Below are positions 18,281-27,960 of a stretch of DNA of 64,000 bases, piece after piece. Every line of letters begins with the position of its first letter. Position 1 is the stretch's first letter. The DNA lies in the NCBI GenBank assembly GCA_016186905.1, contig JACPKS010000084.1, positions 2,261 to 66,260 on the forward strand, given 5' to 3'. Source of the stretch: Deltaproteobacteria bacterium. GTDB taxonomy: Bacteria > Bdellovibrionota > UBA1018 > UBA923. The notes under the pieces are model-generated. The model was not told the origin of the DNA, ran no database searches, and worked only from the letters and a program-made list of their open reading frames with translations. The position numbers and the translations under genes are program-made.

Positions 18281-19446
18281 AATTATTTTTTAGGCTTCTC
18301 GCCGCGTCGGCGGCGCTTCCGATTCTTGTCGGGGGCGCTGGTTGCGGCGCGCGCAACATCTACCGGAATGCCAAATTCCAAAAACCGCCGCTGATTCCGG
18401 GTTACGTCCACACGACTCGCGACGGAACTTTCGAAGCCGGCGTCGAACCGGTCGAGGGCGGGCAGGTTCTCGCGACGGCCGACTCGATTTACGTCGCGAG
18501 CGAAACGAACGGCATCGAAGCGTTCGACCGCGCAGGTCGAGCGCGGCGCTGGCGGTTCGCCGTGAAAAACGGCGTTCCGGGGCAAGTGGTCCTCGAAGGC
18601 GGCACTCTCTATTTCGGCGCCGAAGACGGCGTATTCTACGCCGTCGACGCCGAGTTCGGCCGGCTCAACTGGAAATACGAGACGAAAGCGCCGGTGTTCG
18701 CCGCGGCTTCGATCTCGGGCGGAAAAATCTTCGTGTCGGCTTCAGACGACGTGCTCTACTGCCTCGACAAGGCGAGTGGAAAATGGATCTGGCATTACAA
18801 GCGCGGCGGCGACTACATCACGACCGTGAGGGGAAACTCCACCGCCGCGGTTTTCGAAAATCAGGCGCTCGTGGGCTTCAGCGACGGCTATCTCGTGGCA
18901 CTTGGCCTTGCCGACGGCAATCTCAAATGGGAGGTGAAAGTCCACTCCGGCACGAAGTTCACCGACGTCGACGCCCTTCCGATGATCGAGGACCGCCGGG
19001 TCTACGTTCCATCCTACGACGGCTCGCTTTACGCGCTCGAAGCCGCGAACGGAAAAACGCTCTGGCACGTCGACGTCGGCGGCTCGCGCAAGGTGGTCAT
19101 CGAGGACAAGACGCTCTATCTCGCTTCGAGCGACGGCCACGTTTACGCGCTCAACAAGGATTCAGGAAAGATCCTATGGAAGTTCGAGCTCGACCGCGGC
19201 GTGCCGACCGACCTCGTGCTCCGGCAGAATTACATCGCGTTCGGCGGCTCGCAGGAATATTTCTACGTCATCCACAAGGGCGACGGCTCGCTCGCGTACC
19301 GCTTCGACGCGGGATTGAGGAGCGGGTTCGTGTCGTCGCCCGCGCAATCCGGAAACGAGATTTTCATCCTTTCAGGTTACGGGAACGTTTACACGTTTCG
19401 CTGGCGCGAGGCCGCGCTCCACGGCCGATATTTTCAGTGGCAGTGA
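18277..19446 (+). CDS. bamB: PQQ-repeat beta-propeller lipoprotein, BamB-like outer membrane assembly factor
   Basis: Lipoprotein signal ...PILVGGAGC and repeated PQQ-like blades (LYFGAEDGVFYAVDAEFGRLNWKY, LYCLDKASGKWIWHY, LYALEAANGKTLWH, VYALNKDSGKILWKF). Confidence 0.6.
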   Translation: MKLFFRLLAASAALPILVGGAGCGARNIYRNAKFQKPPLIPGYVHTTRDGTFEAGVEPVEGGQVLATADSIYVASETNGIEAFDRAGRARRWRFAVKNGVPGQVVLEGGTLYFGAEDGVFYAVDAEFGRLNWKYETKAPVFAAASISGGKIFVSASDDVLYCLDKASGKWIWHYKRGGDYITTVRGNSTAAVFENQALVGFSDGYLVALGLADGNLKWEVKVHSGTKFTDVDALPMIEDRRVYVPSYDGSLYALEAANGKTLWHVDVGGSRKVVIEDKTLYLASSDGHVYALNKDSGKILWKFELDRGVPTDLVLRQNYIAFGGSQEYFYVIHKGDGSLAYRFDAGLRSGFVSSPAQSGNEIFILSGYGNVYTFRWREAALHGRYFQWQ

Positions 19447-19464
19447 GCTTAAGCGAAGCAGGTT

Positions 19465-21588
19465 TTATCTCCCCGCCGCTTCCTTCGCGCGTTTTTCCTT
19501 GTACGCCTTGACCATCTCTTCCTGCATCGTGCGCGGAACCTGCGAGTAGCGCAGGAACTCCATCGTGAACTCGCCCTTGCCCTGGGTGGCCGAGCGCAGA
19601 TCGGTGGAGTAGCCGAACATTTCGGTGAGGGGAACTTCGGCTTCGCAGACGAAATATTTCTCGAGCGTCTGGCTGTTCATGATGATGCCGCGGCGCTGGT
19701 TGACCTGGCCCATGACCGAACCCTGGAATTCCTCTGGTGCCTGCACTTCGAGCTTCATGATCGGCTCGAGTACGGCCGGAGAGGATCTCTCGTACCCTTC
19801 GCGGAAGGCCATGAGGGCCGCCGTTTTGAACGCCTGCTCCGACGAGTCGACGTCATGGTAGGCGCCGTCGTTCACCACGCAGCGAACGCCCACGATCGGA
19901 AAGCCGATGAGCGTGCCCTGTTTGATGGCTTCCTGAAAGCCCTTGTCGCAAGCGGGGATGAATTCCCTTGGAATCGTTCCGCCGAAGGTGTCGTTGACGA
20001 ACTCGTATGGCTCGACGGCATCTTTTGGCAGCGGCTCAAGATAGCCGATGACTTTCGCGAACTGACCCGAACCGCCGGTCTGCTTCTTGTGGGTGTAGTT
20101 GAATTCGCCCTTGCCCGTGATCGTTTCGCGGAACGCCACCTGTGGTTTTCCGACCACGACTTCGCAAGCGTACTCGCGCTTGATGCGCTCGCAGTAGATT
20201 TCCAAATGCAATTCGCCCATGCCGCTGATGATCGTCTGCGCCGACTCCTCGTCGCGATGAACGCGGAACGTGGGGTCTTCCTTCGTGAAGCGGTTGAGCG
20301 CTTTCGAGAAGTTCGCCTGACCGGCTTTGTCTTTCGGCGCGATGGCGAGCGAGATGACGGCGTTCGCGACGTGCATCGACCGCATGGTGTACTGAACCGC
20401 GCCGTCGGTGAACGTGTCGCCTGAGGCGCATTCCACGCCGAAGAGGGCCACGATGTCGCCCGCGCGCGCCGATTCGATGTCTTCCATGTCGCTCGCGTGC
20501 ATGCGCACGAGACGCGGAATTTTGACTTTCTTCTGGTTTGCCTGATTGAAGATGAAGTCGCCCTTTTTCACGGTGCCCTGATACACGCGCATATAGGTGA
20601 GCTGCCCGTAGCGGCCGTCTTCAAGCTTGAACGCGAAACCCACGAACGGCTTGCCCGGGTTGCTCTCGAGGATGACCTTTTCTTCCTTCTTGCTTTGGTC
20701 GAGGGCCTCGTTGGTGACATCCATCGGGGCGGGAAGATAAGAGCAAACCGCATCGAGAAGCGGCTGAACGCCTTTGTTTTTGAACGCCGAGCCCATCATC
20801 ACCGGAGTGAAATTAAGTGTCAGCGTGGCTTTGCGGATCGCCGGACGGAGCTCGTCAGCCGTCGGCTCTTCGCCGTTGAGATATTTTTCGGCGATCCCGT
20901 CGTCGAATTCGCCCAGCGCCGCCACGAGCTCCTCGCGGCGCTTCTTCGCTTCAACCATGAGGGCCGCGGGGACATCCTCAACCCGGATGTTTTCGCCGTT
21001 GTCGCCGTCATAATAGAAGGCCTTCATCGACACGAGATCGATCGTGCCCTGAAACTTGTCTTCGTAGCCGATCGGCATCGTGATCGCATGCGCGTTGTGG
21101 CCGAGCTTTTCGCGCAGCTGCTGGATTCCGCGCCACGGATTGGCGCCCGCGCGGTCCATCTTGTTGATGAAGCAGATGCGCGGAACCTTGTAGCGCTTCA
21201 TCTGGCGGTCGACGGTGATCGACTGCGACTGCACTCCCGCGACCGAGCAGAGAACCAGGATCGCGCCGTCCAAAACACGCAGCGAACGTTCGACCTCGAT
21301 CGTGAAATCGACGTGGCCGGGAGTATCGATGATGTTGATGTTGAAACCGTTCCAGAGGCAGTAGGTTGCGGCCGACTGAATCGTGATGCCCTTTTCGCGC
21401 TCGAGATCCATGAAGTCCATGGTGGCGCCCACGCCGTCTTTGCCTTTCACCTCGTGGATGGAGTGGATGCGTTGGGTATAAAACAAAACGCGCTCCGTCA
21501 GCGTAGTCTTGCCGGAATCGATGTGGGCCGAGATTCCGATGTTGCGTACGCGTTCAAGAGGGACAGTTACAGACGTGGGGGCAGCCAT
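19465..21588 (-). CDS. fusA: Elongation factor G family translational GTPase (EF-G paralog)
   Basis: G domain [31 protein letters not shown], and domains II-V. 707 aa. Confidence 0.85.
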   Translation of the reverse strand: MAAPTSVTVPLERVRNIGISAHIDSGKTTLTERVLFYTQRIHSIHEVKGKDGVGATMDFMDLEREKGITIQSAATYCLWNGFNINIIDTPGHVDFTIEVERSLRVLDGAILVLCSVAGVQSQSITVDRQMKRYKVPRICFINKMDRAGANPWRGIQQLREKLGHNAHAITMPIGYEDKFQGTIDLVSMKAFYYDGDNGENIRVEDVPAALMVEAKKRREELVAALGEFDDGIAEKYLNGEEPTADELRPAIRKATLTLNFTPVMMGSAFKNKGVQPLLDAVCSYLPAPMDVTNEALDQSKKEEKVILESNPGKPFVGFAFKLEDGRYGQLTYMRVYQGTVKKGDFIFNQANQKKVKIPRLVRMHASDMEDIESARAGDIVALFGVECASGDTFTDGAVQYTMRSMHVANAVISLAIAPKDKAGQANFSKALNRFTKEDPTFRVHRDEESAQTIISGMGELHLEIYCERIKREYACEVVVGKPQVAFRETITGKGEFNYTHKKQTGGSGQFAKVIGYLEPLPKDAVEPYEFVNDTFGGTIPREFIPACDKGFQEAIKQGTLIGFPIVGVRCVVNDGAYHDVDSSEQAFKTAALMAFREGYERSSPAVLEPIMKLEVQAPEEFQGSVMGQVNQRRGIIMNSQTLEKYFVCEAEVPLTEMFGYSTDLRSATQGKGEFTMEFLRYSQVPRTMQEEMVKAYKEKRAKEAAGR

Positions 21589-21663
21589 TTTGCTCTCCTT
21601 CGAAATAGCAATTGAGGGTAATGTACTAACTTAATCCGGTTTTGACCGCAATCCTAAAAGCAC

Positions 21664-21690
21664 GAAAAAGCGCGGCAAATCGTGCGCTTC
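21664..21690 (-). terminator. Rho-independent terminator of the MFS gene (minus strand: GAAGCGC-acgatttgcc-GCGCTTTTTC)
   Basis: 6-7 bp GC stem plus a T-run on the minus strand, 35-60 nt downstream of the MFS stop. Confidence 0.45.
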
Positions 21691-21724
21691 GGTCAGACAT
21701 TCTCAAGCATTTCGGCAACAGTTC

Positions 21725-22936
21725 CTAAGATGCGTTTCTTGGCGATGCGCTCTCAAAATCAGAGATACGCGAAAATCCGGCGGCCGTGAGAAAAGCCAGG
21801 CCGTAGAGGGCGGCGGCGACCATGAACGGGGTGCTGGCTCCCAGGCGATCAAAGACGACTCCGCCGGCCAAGGGGCCGAGAACACGGGCCAAAGAACCCG
21901 CCGATTGGTAAATGCCCATCGTAACGCCTAAGCGAAGCGGGGGCGCGCCCTTGGAGGCGAGGCTTGAAAGCGAGGGGTTATTGAGTCCGTTTCCGATCGC
22001 GACCACCGCGATCGCGGCAATCACGCCGGTCAGGTGCCACGCGAGCGAGATTCCGGTCAGGCCGAGCGCCATGAGAATCGTTCCGCATAGAATGAGCTGA
22101 AGTTCGCCGAAACGGCGCGAGAGTTTTCCGACCAAACCGCCTTGGATGAACGCGCCGAGAAGGCCCATCAGAGCCAAAAGCCAGCCGGCTTGTTCGGGCC
22201 CGTATCCGAACCGGAAGAGCATGAAGAGCGCGAAGCTCACCTCGACCTGGGTAAAGGCAAATGTCGCGATGAAAAAGACGATGACGGCCGCGGCCGTGCG
22301 CGGATCGGCGAGAACCGAGTCGCGGAACGCCTCGCGATCAAAACGCCTGCTGAGATTCGTGGCGCGCTTGAATGCGCGGGATTTTTCGCTTGCAAGCGGT
22401 TCGGGCAGGCGCACGAGCGCGAAGAGCAGGTTGAGAAGCGCAAGGCCGGCGGCCGCGAACATCGGAGCCGCGAATCCGAACTTCGAGAGCACGCCGCCGA
22501 TGGCCGGGCCGAAGATGAATCCAAGCCCGAAGCTAGCGCCGATGATGCCCATTCCCTTGGTCCGGTCTTCGGGTGTGGTGATGTCGGCGATGTAAGCGCT
22601 CGCGGTGGAAATGTTCGCGCCGCAGATGCCGGCCAGCAGTCTTGCCGCGAAAAGCCACGCAAGCGAATGGGCCAGCCCCAGCATGCAGAGTGCCGTGATC
22701 GTGCCGGCAAGACTGACAAGAATCACCGGGCGGCGGCCGATGCGGTCGGAGAGGCGCCCCCAGAGCGGCGCGAAGAGAAACTGCATCGCGGAGTACGAGG
22801 CCATGAGCCAGCCAAGCACGGTTGCCGACGCGCCGAACGCGCGTGCGTAGTAGGGCATGATCGGAATGACGATTCCGAAGCCGACGAGGTCGATGAAGAC
22901 GACGAGGAAAATGATGAGAAGCGGGCTCTTCTTCAT
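21725..22936 (-). CDS. MFS transporter (DHA1/Tet-like, 12 TM)
   Basis: MFS motif A region GRLSDRIGRRPVIL, about 12 predicted hydrophobic helices, 403 aa. Confidence 0.85.
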   Translation of the reverse strand: MKKSPLLIIFLVVFIDLVGFGIVIPIMPYYARAFGASATVLGWLMASYSAMQFLFAPLWGRLSDRIGRRPVILVSLAGTITALCMLGLAHSLAWLFAARLLAGICGANISTASAYIADITTPEDRTKGMGIIGASFGLGFIFGPAIGGVLSKFGFAAPMFAAAGLALLNLLFALVRLPEPLASEKSRAFKRATNLSRRFDREAFRDSVLADPRTAAAVIVFFIATFAFTQVEVSFALFMLFRFGYGPEQAGWLLALMGLLGAFIQGGLVGKLSRRFGELQLILCGTILMALGLTGISLAWHLTGVIAAIAVVAIGNGLNNPSLSSLASKGAPPLRLGVTMGIYQSAGSLARVLGPLAGGVVFDRLGASTPFMVAAALYGLAFLTAAGFSRISDFESASPRNAS

Positions 22937-22993
22937 GGTTGTGCCCGGTTTTTTAGCTTTCTCGCGAAAAATTTGCTACCTTTTACGCAACAC

Positions 22994-24526
22994 ATGTCTG
23001 ACTTTCTTCAGCTGAAATCCACGGCCGACCGGCACGGCGAGTCGCGGGCTTTGAGTGCCTCGCATGCGTCGCCGCAGGCCTTCTCGGTCGATCTCAACGC
23101 ACTTGTCCGCCAGGGGGACGAGCGGTTTCAGTGGATCAAGAAAAACGCGTATTATTACGAGGATCTGAGGCGCTTCTTCACGTTTCACGTCGAAAAGGGA
23201 AAGCGCGTGCTCGAAATCGGATTCGGCACCGGGCGGCTTCTGGATGCGTGCGGTCCTTCAAAGGGGATGGGGCTCGATCTTTCCGAAGCCGTTTGCGAAC
23301 AGGCGCGCAGGCGCCACGCGGGCCACGCGTTTCATGTTTGGACAGGGCAGGGGAGGCTTCCGGAAGAGGTGATCCATGCTTTCCCGGGCGGCGTCGATTA
23401 CATCCTGCTCGTGAACGCGGTGGGTTTCTGGCCGGATATCCAGGAAGCGCTCAAACTTCTTCAGCCCATTTGCAATCGCGACACGCGCATTCTCGCGACG
23501 TATTACAATTTTCTCTGGGCGCCGCTTTTTCGCGTGGCGCAGGCGTTGCGTTTGAAAATGCCGCAGCCCGAGCAGAACTGGCTTTCGGCTGATGACGTGA
23601 AGAACCTCATGAGTCTATCGGGTTATCGCGTTTTGAAGCAGGGCTACCGCTGTCTTCTGCCTAAGAAGCTTTTCGGCCTGGCGGATTTGGTGAACCGCTT
23701 TTTTTCGCCGATTCCGGGATTGAATCGCCTGGGATGCACGCATTTCGTCATCGCGCGCGCGCCGTTTCGCCACAACCCCGAAGAGCTGCTCGTTTCGGTG
23801 GTGATTCCGGCCCGAAACGAGAGGGGGAATATCGAGGGGGCCGTGCGCCGCATGGCCATTGTCGCGCGCTCCAGGCGCGAGCGCTTCGAGATCATTTTCG
23901 TCGAGGGAAATTCCACCGACACGACCGCGGCCGAAATCGACCGCGTGATCGCCGATCCGTCGATTCCAAAGCCGTTTGCGGTTTCGGTTTTTAAGCAGAC
24001 CGGCAAGGGGAAAGGCGACGCGGTGAGATTGGGTTTTTCAAAGGCGAAGGGCGATCTGCTGATGATCCTCGACGCCGATCTCACCGTCACGCCCGAAGAT
24101 CTTCCGAAATTCATCGACGTGTATTGCGAAGGCCACGGCGAGTTCATCAACGGCTGCCGTCTCGTGTACAAGATGGAACAAGAGGCGATGCGGATCATCA
24201 ACCTCATGGGCAATAAATTTTTCGGGGTGGCGTTTAGCTGGCTTCTGGGCCAGCGGTTCAAAGACACGCTTTGCGGAACGAAGGTTGTCTCGCGCGCGAA
24301 TTACGCGCGGATCGCGGCGGGAAGGTCTTATTTCGGCGACTTCGATCCGTTCGGCGACTTCGATCTGATCTTCGGCGCCTCAAAGCTTGATCTTGAAATC
24401 GCCGAAGTGCCGATCCGGTATCGCGAGCGCGTTTACGGTCAGACCAACATCAGCCGGTGGAAACACGGCTGGCTCCTCCTCAAGATGTGCGTCTATGCTC
24501 TGGGCCGGATCAAGTTCGTTCCTTAG
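22994..24526 (+). CDS. Bifunctional class-I SAM methyltransferase / family-2 glycosyltransferase (DPM1-like polyprenyl-phosphate sugar synthase domain)
   Basis: N-terminal half has MTase motif I VLEIGFGTGRLLD. C-terminal half is GT2: VSVVIPARNERGNI...LMILDADLT (DxD). True start is ATG 22994; the ORF-track 5' extension to 22142 is antisense to the MFS gene. Confidence 0.75.
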   Translation: MSDFLQLKSTADRHGESRALSASHASPQAFSVDLNALVRQGDERFQWIKKNAYYYEDLRRFFTFHVEKGKRVLEIGFGTGRLLDACGPSKGMGLDLSEAVCEQARRRHAGHAFHVWTGQGRLPEEVIHAFPGGVDYILLVNAVGFWPDIQEALKLLQPICNRDTRILATYYNFLWAPLFRVAQALRLKMPQPEQNWLSADDVKNLMSLSGYRVLKQGYRCLLPKKLFGLADLVNRFFSPIPGLNRLGCTHFVIARAPFRHNPEELLVSVVIPARNERGNIEGAVRRMAIVARSRRERFEIIFVEGNSTDTTAAEIDRVIADPSIPKPFAVSVFKQTGKGKGDAVRLGFSKAKGDLLMILDADLTVTPEDLPKFIDVYCEGHGEFINGCRLVYKMEQEAMRIINLMGNKFFGVAFSWLLGQRFKDTLCGTKVVSRANYARIAAGRSYFGDFDPFGDFDLIFGASKLDLEIAEVPIRYRERVYGQTNISRWKHGWLLLKMCVYALGRIKFVP

Positions 24527-24576
24527 CCGCGCCGGCAGAGCGAGCAGATCCGCCGCCTCGTGCCAGGTCACGAAAT

Positions 24577-25857
24577 ATGCGCTCTGAAGACAGAGTTCCG
24601 GCCATTCTCCGCGACCCGATCGTGTGGGGAAATCTTCTATTGCGCGCGATGCTTTTCGCGCTCGCGGCCGGCGCTTGGCACTGGCACAGCGGCGATAGCG
24701 GGCATTATCTCCTGTCGGCCGAGCAAGTCTGTCGCGGCGAGTGGGGCGGCGAGCCCATCCGTGTACCGCTCTATGCCTGGTATCTCTGTCTTTCTTCTTT
24801 TGGCGCGGTTGCCCGAGGCGCGGGGGAGCTTGGCGGCTCAGGCGTCGTGCTTCCTCTTCTCGGCCAAACGCTTTTGCTCTTCGCGTGCGGGATCGTGTTG
24901 TATCGGCGCTTTGGCCGGGCGATCGCGGCGTGCTGGCTCTTTGATCCGGTGCTGCTCGTGTACGGATCTTTCGTCATGACGGATGCTTTTTTCGCGGTTT
25001 TCGTTCTGGCGATGGCGCTCACGGTATCAAGGGCATTGGAGGCACGTGCTTTGCCGCGAATCCGCGCGCGCACGCTGTATTTTTTCGGAGCGGCTCTCGG
25101 AGCGGCCATTTTGACCCGGCCGGTGGGTATTCCCTTAGGCGTCCTTTCCGCGGCGGTGCTGGGAATCCTCGCTTTGCGCGGCCGTTTCAAGGCACGAGAG
25201 ATCGCGGTGACGGCGTTGATCGTCGCGGCGTTGCTTGCGCCGCGACTGTATTGGAATCAGACCCGGCACGGCAGGCCCTTCATTGCCGAACAGGGAAGCG
25301 ACTGGATCAAGACCGTCGCGGGCGCGGTGGAATACCACGGCACGGGCCTGACGTTTCATGAGGCCGAGGAGAAATGGATGCGCGAACATCCCGCGCGTCC
25401 CGTTGCCGAGGCGTACGCCTCGATTTTCGCGCGGTTTCCGGCATGGGCGTGGCTGACATCGAAGGGCATGGCGCGCGTGCTGGTGGGCCACGTCAACGTG
25501 GAGTGGACGTATCTCTTCACGGGGCGCACCGTGCTCGGTCCGGGGTGGTTCAAAGTGGGAGAGGGCGGCGAGGGCTCGCCGGTCTCTGGAGTGTGGCTGG
25601 TTCCCTGGTTGTTCGGAATCGCGCTGGTTGCCGGCTATTACGCCTGGCTTTACCTGCGTGCGGCGCGGTCCGCGCTACCCGCGCTGAAAATGGATCGCGG
25701 ATTCGCGGCGTTCGCCGCATGGAGCCTTCTGTCCGCCGCGTTTCTGGCTTTTGCTCCGCAAGTTTTCGGAGACGCGCGCTTTCGCGCGCCGATCGTGCCG
25801 ATCGTGCTGGTGCTTTGGGGAGCCGCTCTGGAACATATTAGGAAAGCGCGCATATGA
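24577..25857 (+). CDS. Polytopic membrane glycosyltransferase, GT-C fold (PMT/ArnT, GT39/GT83-like)
   Basis: About 11 hydrophobic segments; N-terminal loop with conserved acidic/aromatic residues and the short FVMTDAFF motif typical of PMT_2/ArnT-like proteins. Start ATG 24577 (MRSEDR...). Confidence 0.55.
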   Translation: MRSEDRVPAILRDPIVWGNLLLRAMLFALAAGAWHWHSGDSGHYLLSAEQVCRGEWGGEPIRVPLYAWYLCLSSFGAVARGAGELGGSGVVLPLLGQTLLLFACGIVLYRRFGRAIAACWLFDPVLLVYGSFVMTDAFFAVFVLAMALTVSRALEARALPRIRARTLYFFGAALGAAILTRPVGIPLGVLSAAVLGILALRGRFKAREIAVTALIVAALLAPRLYWNQTRHGRPFIAEQGSDWIKTVAGAVEYHGTGLTFHEAEEKWMREHPARPVAEAYASIFARFPAWAWLTSKGMARVLVGHVNVEWTYLFTGRTVLGPGWFKVGEGGEGSPVSGVWLVPWLFGIALVAGYYAWLYLRAARSALPALKMDRGFAAFAAWSLLSAAFLAFAPQVFGDARFRAPIVPIVLVLWGAALEHIRKARI

Positions 25858-27170
25858 GGGATGCGCGCGTGATTTTCGGCGTGCTCGTCGTTTACATCCT
25901 CTCGGTTTACGGCTCGATGGCCGTGATGAGCGTGGGCAGTGGCGTGGTGTTTGCTGCGTGGATTTTTCTCTTCGCCAGGCCGCGCGTGTTTGCAGGCGAG
26001 GTCGCGGGGTGGACGCGTTCGCCGCTTTGGCGGCCGACGCTGGTTCTTTCGCTTGCTTGCGTCTGGTCGCTCGCGTGGGCGCGGATTTCTGGTCTTGAGT
26101 TTTTCGGCGCGCGGCCCGAGATCCGGTGGATCGAGGACACCCGCAAGCTATGGCATATTTTCTTTCCGTTCGTACTGAGTTCGTTTTTGATGCGGCTTTC
26201 GGATGAGGACTTCCGGAAAGCACTTTGGCTTTGGCTAGGAGCAGGCGCGGCGCTCGCGTGCTTCGGAATTCTTCAGTACTACGTTCCGATCTATAAGTCG
26301 CAGTACCTTCCGCACGTCACCTACGACACGTACGTGCGCGGAAGCGGGGCTCTCGATTTTCTGCGAGGCCGTTACCACGCGACCGGGCTTACCGGTTTTC
26401 ATTTGAGCTTCGCCTCTATTTTCGGGTTCCCGACCGGCGTGTGGTTCGCGCTTGCGGCGCTGCGGTGGCGCGAAGAAGGGTGGACGCAGCGCACGCGCTG
26501 GCTTGCAGCAGGCGCGATCTTGTTTTTTATCACCAACATTCTTACGTATTCGAAAACGACGTGGGTTGCCCTTCCTTTACTGGTGCTTGGTGTCGCGTTC
26601 GTGGCGATGAAGGGGCGCATTCGTTACATTTTGACCGCGGTCATGATCGTGTTCGCAGCGGTTGGAATGCAGACCTCCGAGTTTCGGCTGCGGTTTCAGG
26701 GGACGGACACGATTAAAGAGCGTCTTGAGGTCTGGTCGGCCAATCTCGAGATGCTCAAGCAGCATCCGTTATTCGGAGTGGGCTGGCATCACAACTCCGA
26801 TCTTTCGGAAGCGTATTACAAAGCGCGCGGGATGCACGGCTTCGTCTCGCATGCCCACAATAATTTTCTCGATCAGCTCGCGTCGACGGGCGCGTTCGGA
26901 CTTGCGGGCTTCGTGTGGTGGAACTTCATCGTGATCGCGGCTGCGTACCGGTTGTTTCGGCGGGGAGGAGTCGTTTCCCCGTCCGCCGACTCCGAGACGC
27001 GGCTTCTTTACCGCGCGCTGGGGCTGGGATTCTTCGGCGGTTGGTTTCTCTTGCACTTAAGCGGCATGACCCAAACCAATTTCTGGGACGCGAAGGTGCT
27101 GCACCAGATCGGGCTTGTCGCGGCGTTTACGTGCGAGGCGTGGCGGAGGACTTCCGCAAAGCGCACCTGA
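25854..27170 (+). CDS. O-antigen ligase / Wzy_C-family membrane protein (RfaL/PglL-like)
   Basis: Multi-TM protein with the Wzy_C periplasmic loop (TYSKTTWVALPLL ... GVGWHH...HAHNNFLDQLASTG). ATGA overlap with the upstream GT-C gene. Confidence 0.7.
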   Translation: MRDARVIFGVLVVYILSVYGSMAVMSVGSGVVFAAWIFLFARPRVFAGEVAGWTRSPLWRPTLVLSLACVWSLAWARISGLEFFGARPEIRWIEDTRKLWHIFFPFVLSSFLMRLSDEDFRKALWLWLGAGAALACFGILQYYVPIYKSQYLPHVTYDTYVRGSGALDFLRGRYHATGLTGFHLSFASIFGFPTGVWFALAALRWREEGWTQRTRWLAAGAILFFITNILTYSKTTWVALPLLVLGVAFVAMKGRIRYILTAVMIVFAAVGMQTSEFRLRFQGTDTIKERLEVWSANLEMLKQHPLFGVGWHHNSDLSEAYYKARGMHGFVSHAHNNFLDQLASTGAFGLAGFVWWNFIVIAAAYRLFRRGGVVSPSADSETRLLYRALGLGFFGGWFLLHLSGMTQTNFWDAKVLHQIGLVAAFTCEAWRRTSAKRT

Positions 27171-27275
27171 CTTTCTTATTCCATTCCTAATGTGATCTCG
27201 CGGCCGTTCGGCCTCCGTCTTGCATTCCACGTCATTTCAGTGGGTTCGGAAGCATTCCGTTGTGGATATGCACTT

Positions 27276-27289
27276 ATACATATATGTAT
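27276..27289. promoter_or_regulatory. Perfect 14-bp palindrome ATACATATATGTAT overlapping the brnT start codon (candidate BrnA/BrnT autoregulatory operator)
   Basis: Reverse complement is identical. The ATG of brnT lies at 27284-27286, inside the palindrome. Local AT-rich region. Confidence 0.45.
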
Positions 27290-27574
27290 GATATTATCTA
27301 TGAAGGGTTTGAGTGGTCGTCTAGCAAAGAGGAGCTCAATATCCTTAAACATGGCGTGAATTTTACCGAAGCGTCGACGTGCTTTAGCGATCCGAGAGGA
27401 TTTGGGTTTGATGATCTGAAGCATTCCGATGTCGAGCGACGAGAATGGTGGATTGGCATGTCGGAGCGGAAAAGAATTTTAATCACCTGGTTCACGCCTC
27501 GTGGGGAACGCATTCGGATTATCGGATCTGCGTCATTTCGTAAATTTCGGAGACTCTACAATGAAAGAACCTGA
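27284..27574 (+). CDS. brnT: BrnT toxin (DUF497, RelE/ParE-fold ribonuclease)
   Basis: MYDIIYEGFEWSSSKEELNILKHGVNFTEA...RIRIIGSASFRKF matches the BrnT pattern (F-EWD..K...N..KHGV.F.EA; RIISAR). The ORF-track TTG at 27260 is an alternative start. Confidence 0.75.
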   Translation: MYDIIYEGFEWSSSKEELNILKHGVNFTEASTCFSDPRGFGFDDLKHSDVERREWWIGMSERKRILITWFTPRGERIRIIGSASFRKFRRLYNERT

Positions 27575-27845
27575 CCTTAGAAAAATGAGATACAACAAGG
27601 AACTCACCCAACAGATCCGCAAGTCCTTCGCGGGAAAAAGGAAGACCCGCATCACGATTTACATCGACGATGATTCGCTGGAGGAGTTGAAGCGAAGTGC
27701 GGCTGACACCGGTGCGGCCTACCAATCACTGTTGAACCGTATGCTTCGCAACGCGCTTTTCAATGCCGAGGCGAACTCTACGGAAACTCGTTTGCGGCGG
27801 ATCGAACGGGAGCTCGCTCGGTTGAAGAAAAAGATTGCGGCGTAG
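27561..27845 (+). CDS. brnA: BrnA antitoxin (CopG/RHH-like)
   Basis: Overlaps the brnT 3' end by 14 nt. ITIYIDDDSLEELKRSAADTGAAYQSLLNRMLRNAL matches the BrnA signature (TIRLDDDVLEWFK...GYQTRIN..LR). Confidence 0.7.
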   Translation: MKEPDLRKMRYNKELTQQIRKSFAGKRKTRITIYIDDDSLEELKRSAADTGAAYQSLLNRMLRNALFNAEANSTETRLRRIERELARLKKKIAA

Positions 27846-27960
27846 GTAAGGCGAATCACCAGGTTTAGGCCATATTAATTCCGTGCAGGAGAGCCCAATC
27901 GTGACGCCTGAGTTGATGGTTGGAAGCGCCGGCTGGACATATGCAAGACGAACAACAAGG

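Noticed and set aside
18342-19511. 389-aa Arg-rich plus-strand ORF overlapping the BamB-like gene in another frame
   Set aside because: Extreme Arg/Gly bias ('RRRRRILRRRRRVRPAQ'). The BamB-like frame has real PQQ-repeat signatures.
20497-21615. 372-aa plus-strand ORF antisense to the EF-G gene
   Set aside because: Same reasoning; EF-G G-domain motifs define the true strand.
22142-22993. 5' extension of the 794-aa ORF (Ala/Arg/Glu-rich 'MDERAEKAHQSQ...') upstream of the methyltransferase-GT2 gene
   Set aside because: It is antisense to the well-supported MFS transporter gene, has a low-complexity Arg/Ala/Glu composition typical of GC-rich antisense frames, and the real gene has a clean ATG at 22994 right after the 57-nt divergent spacer.
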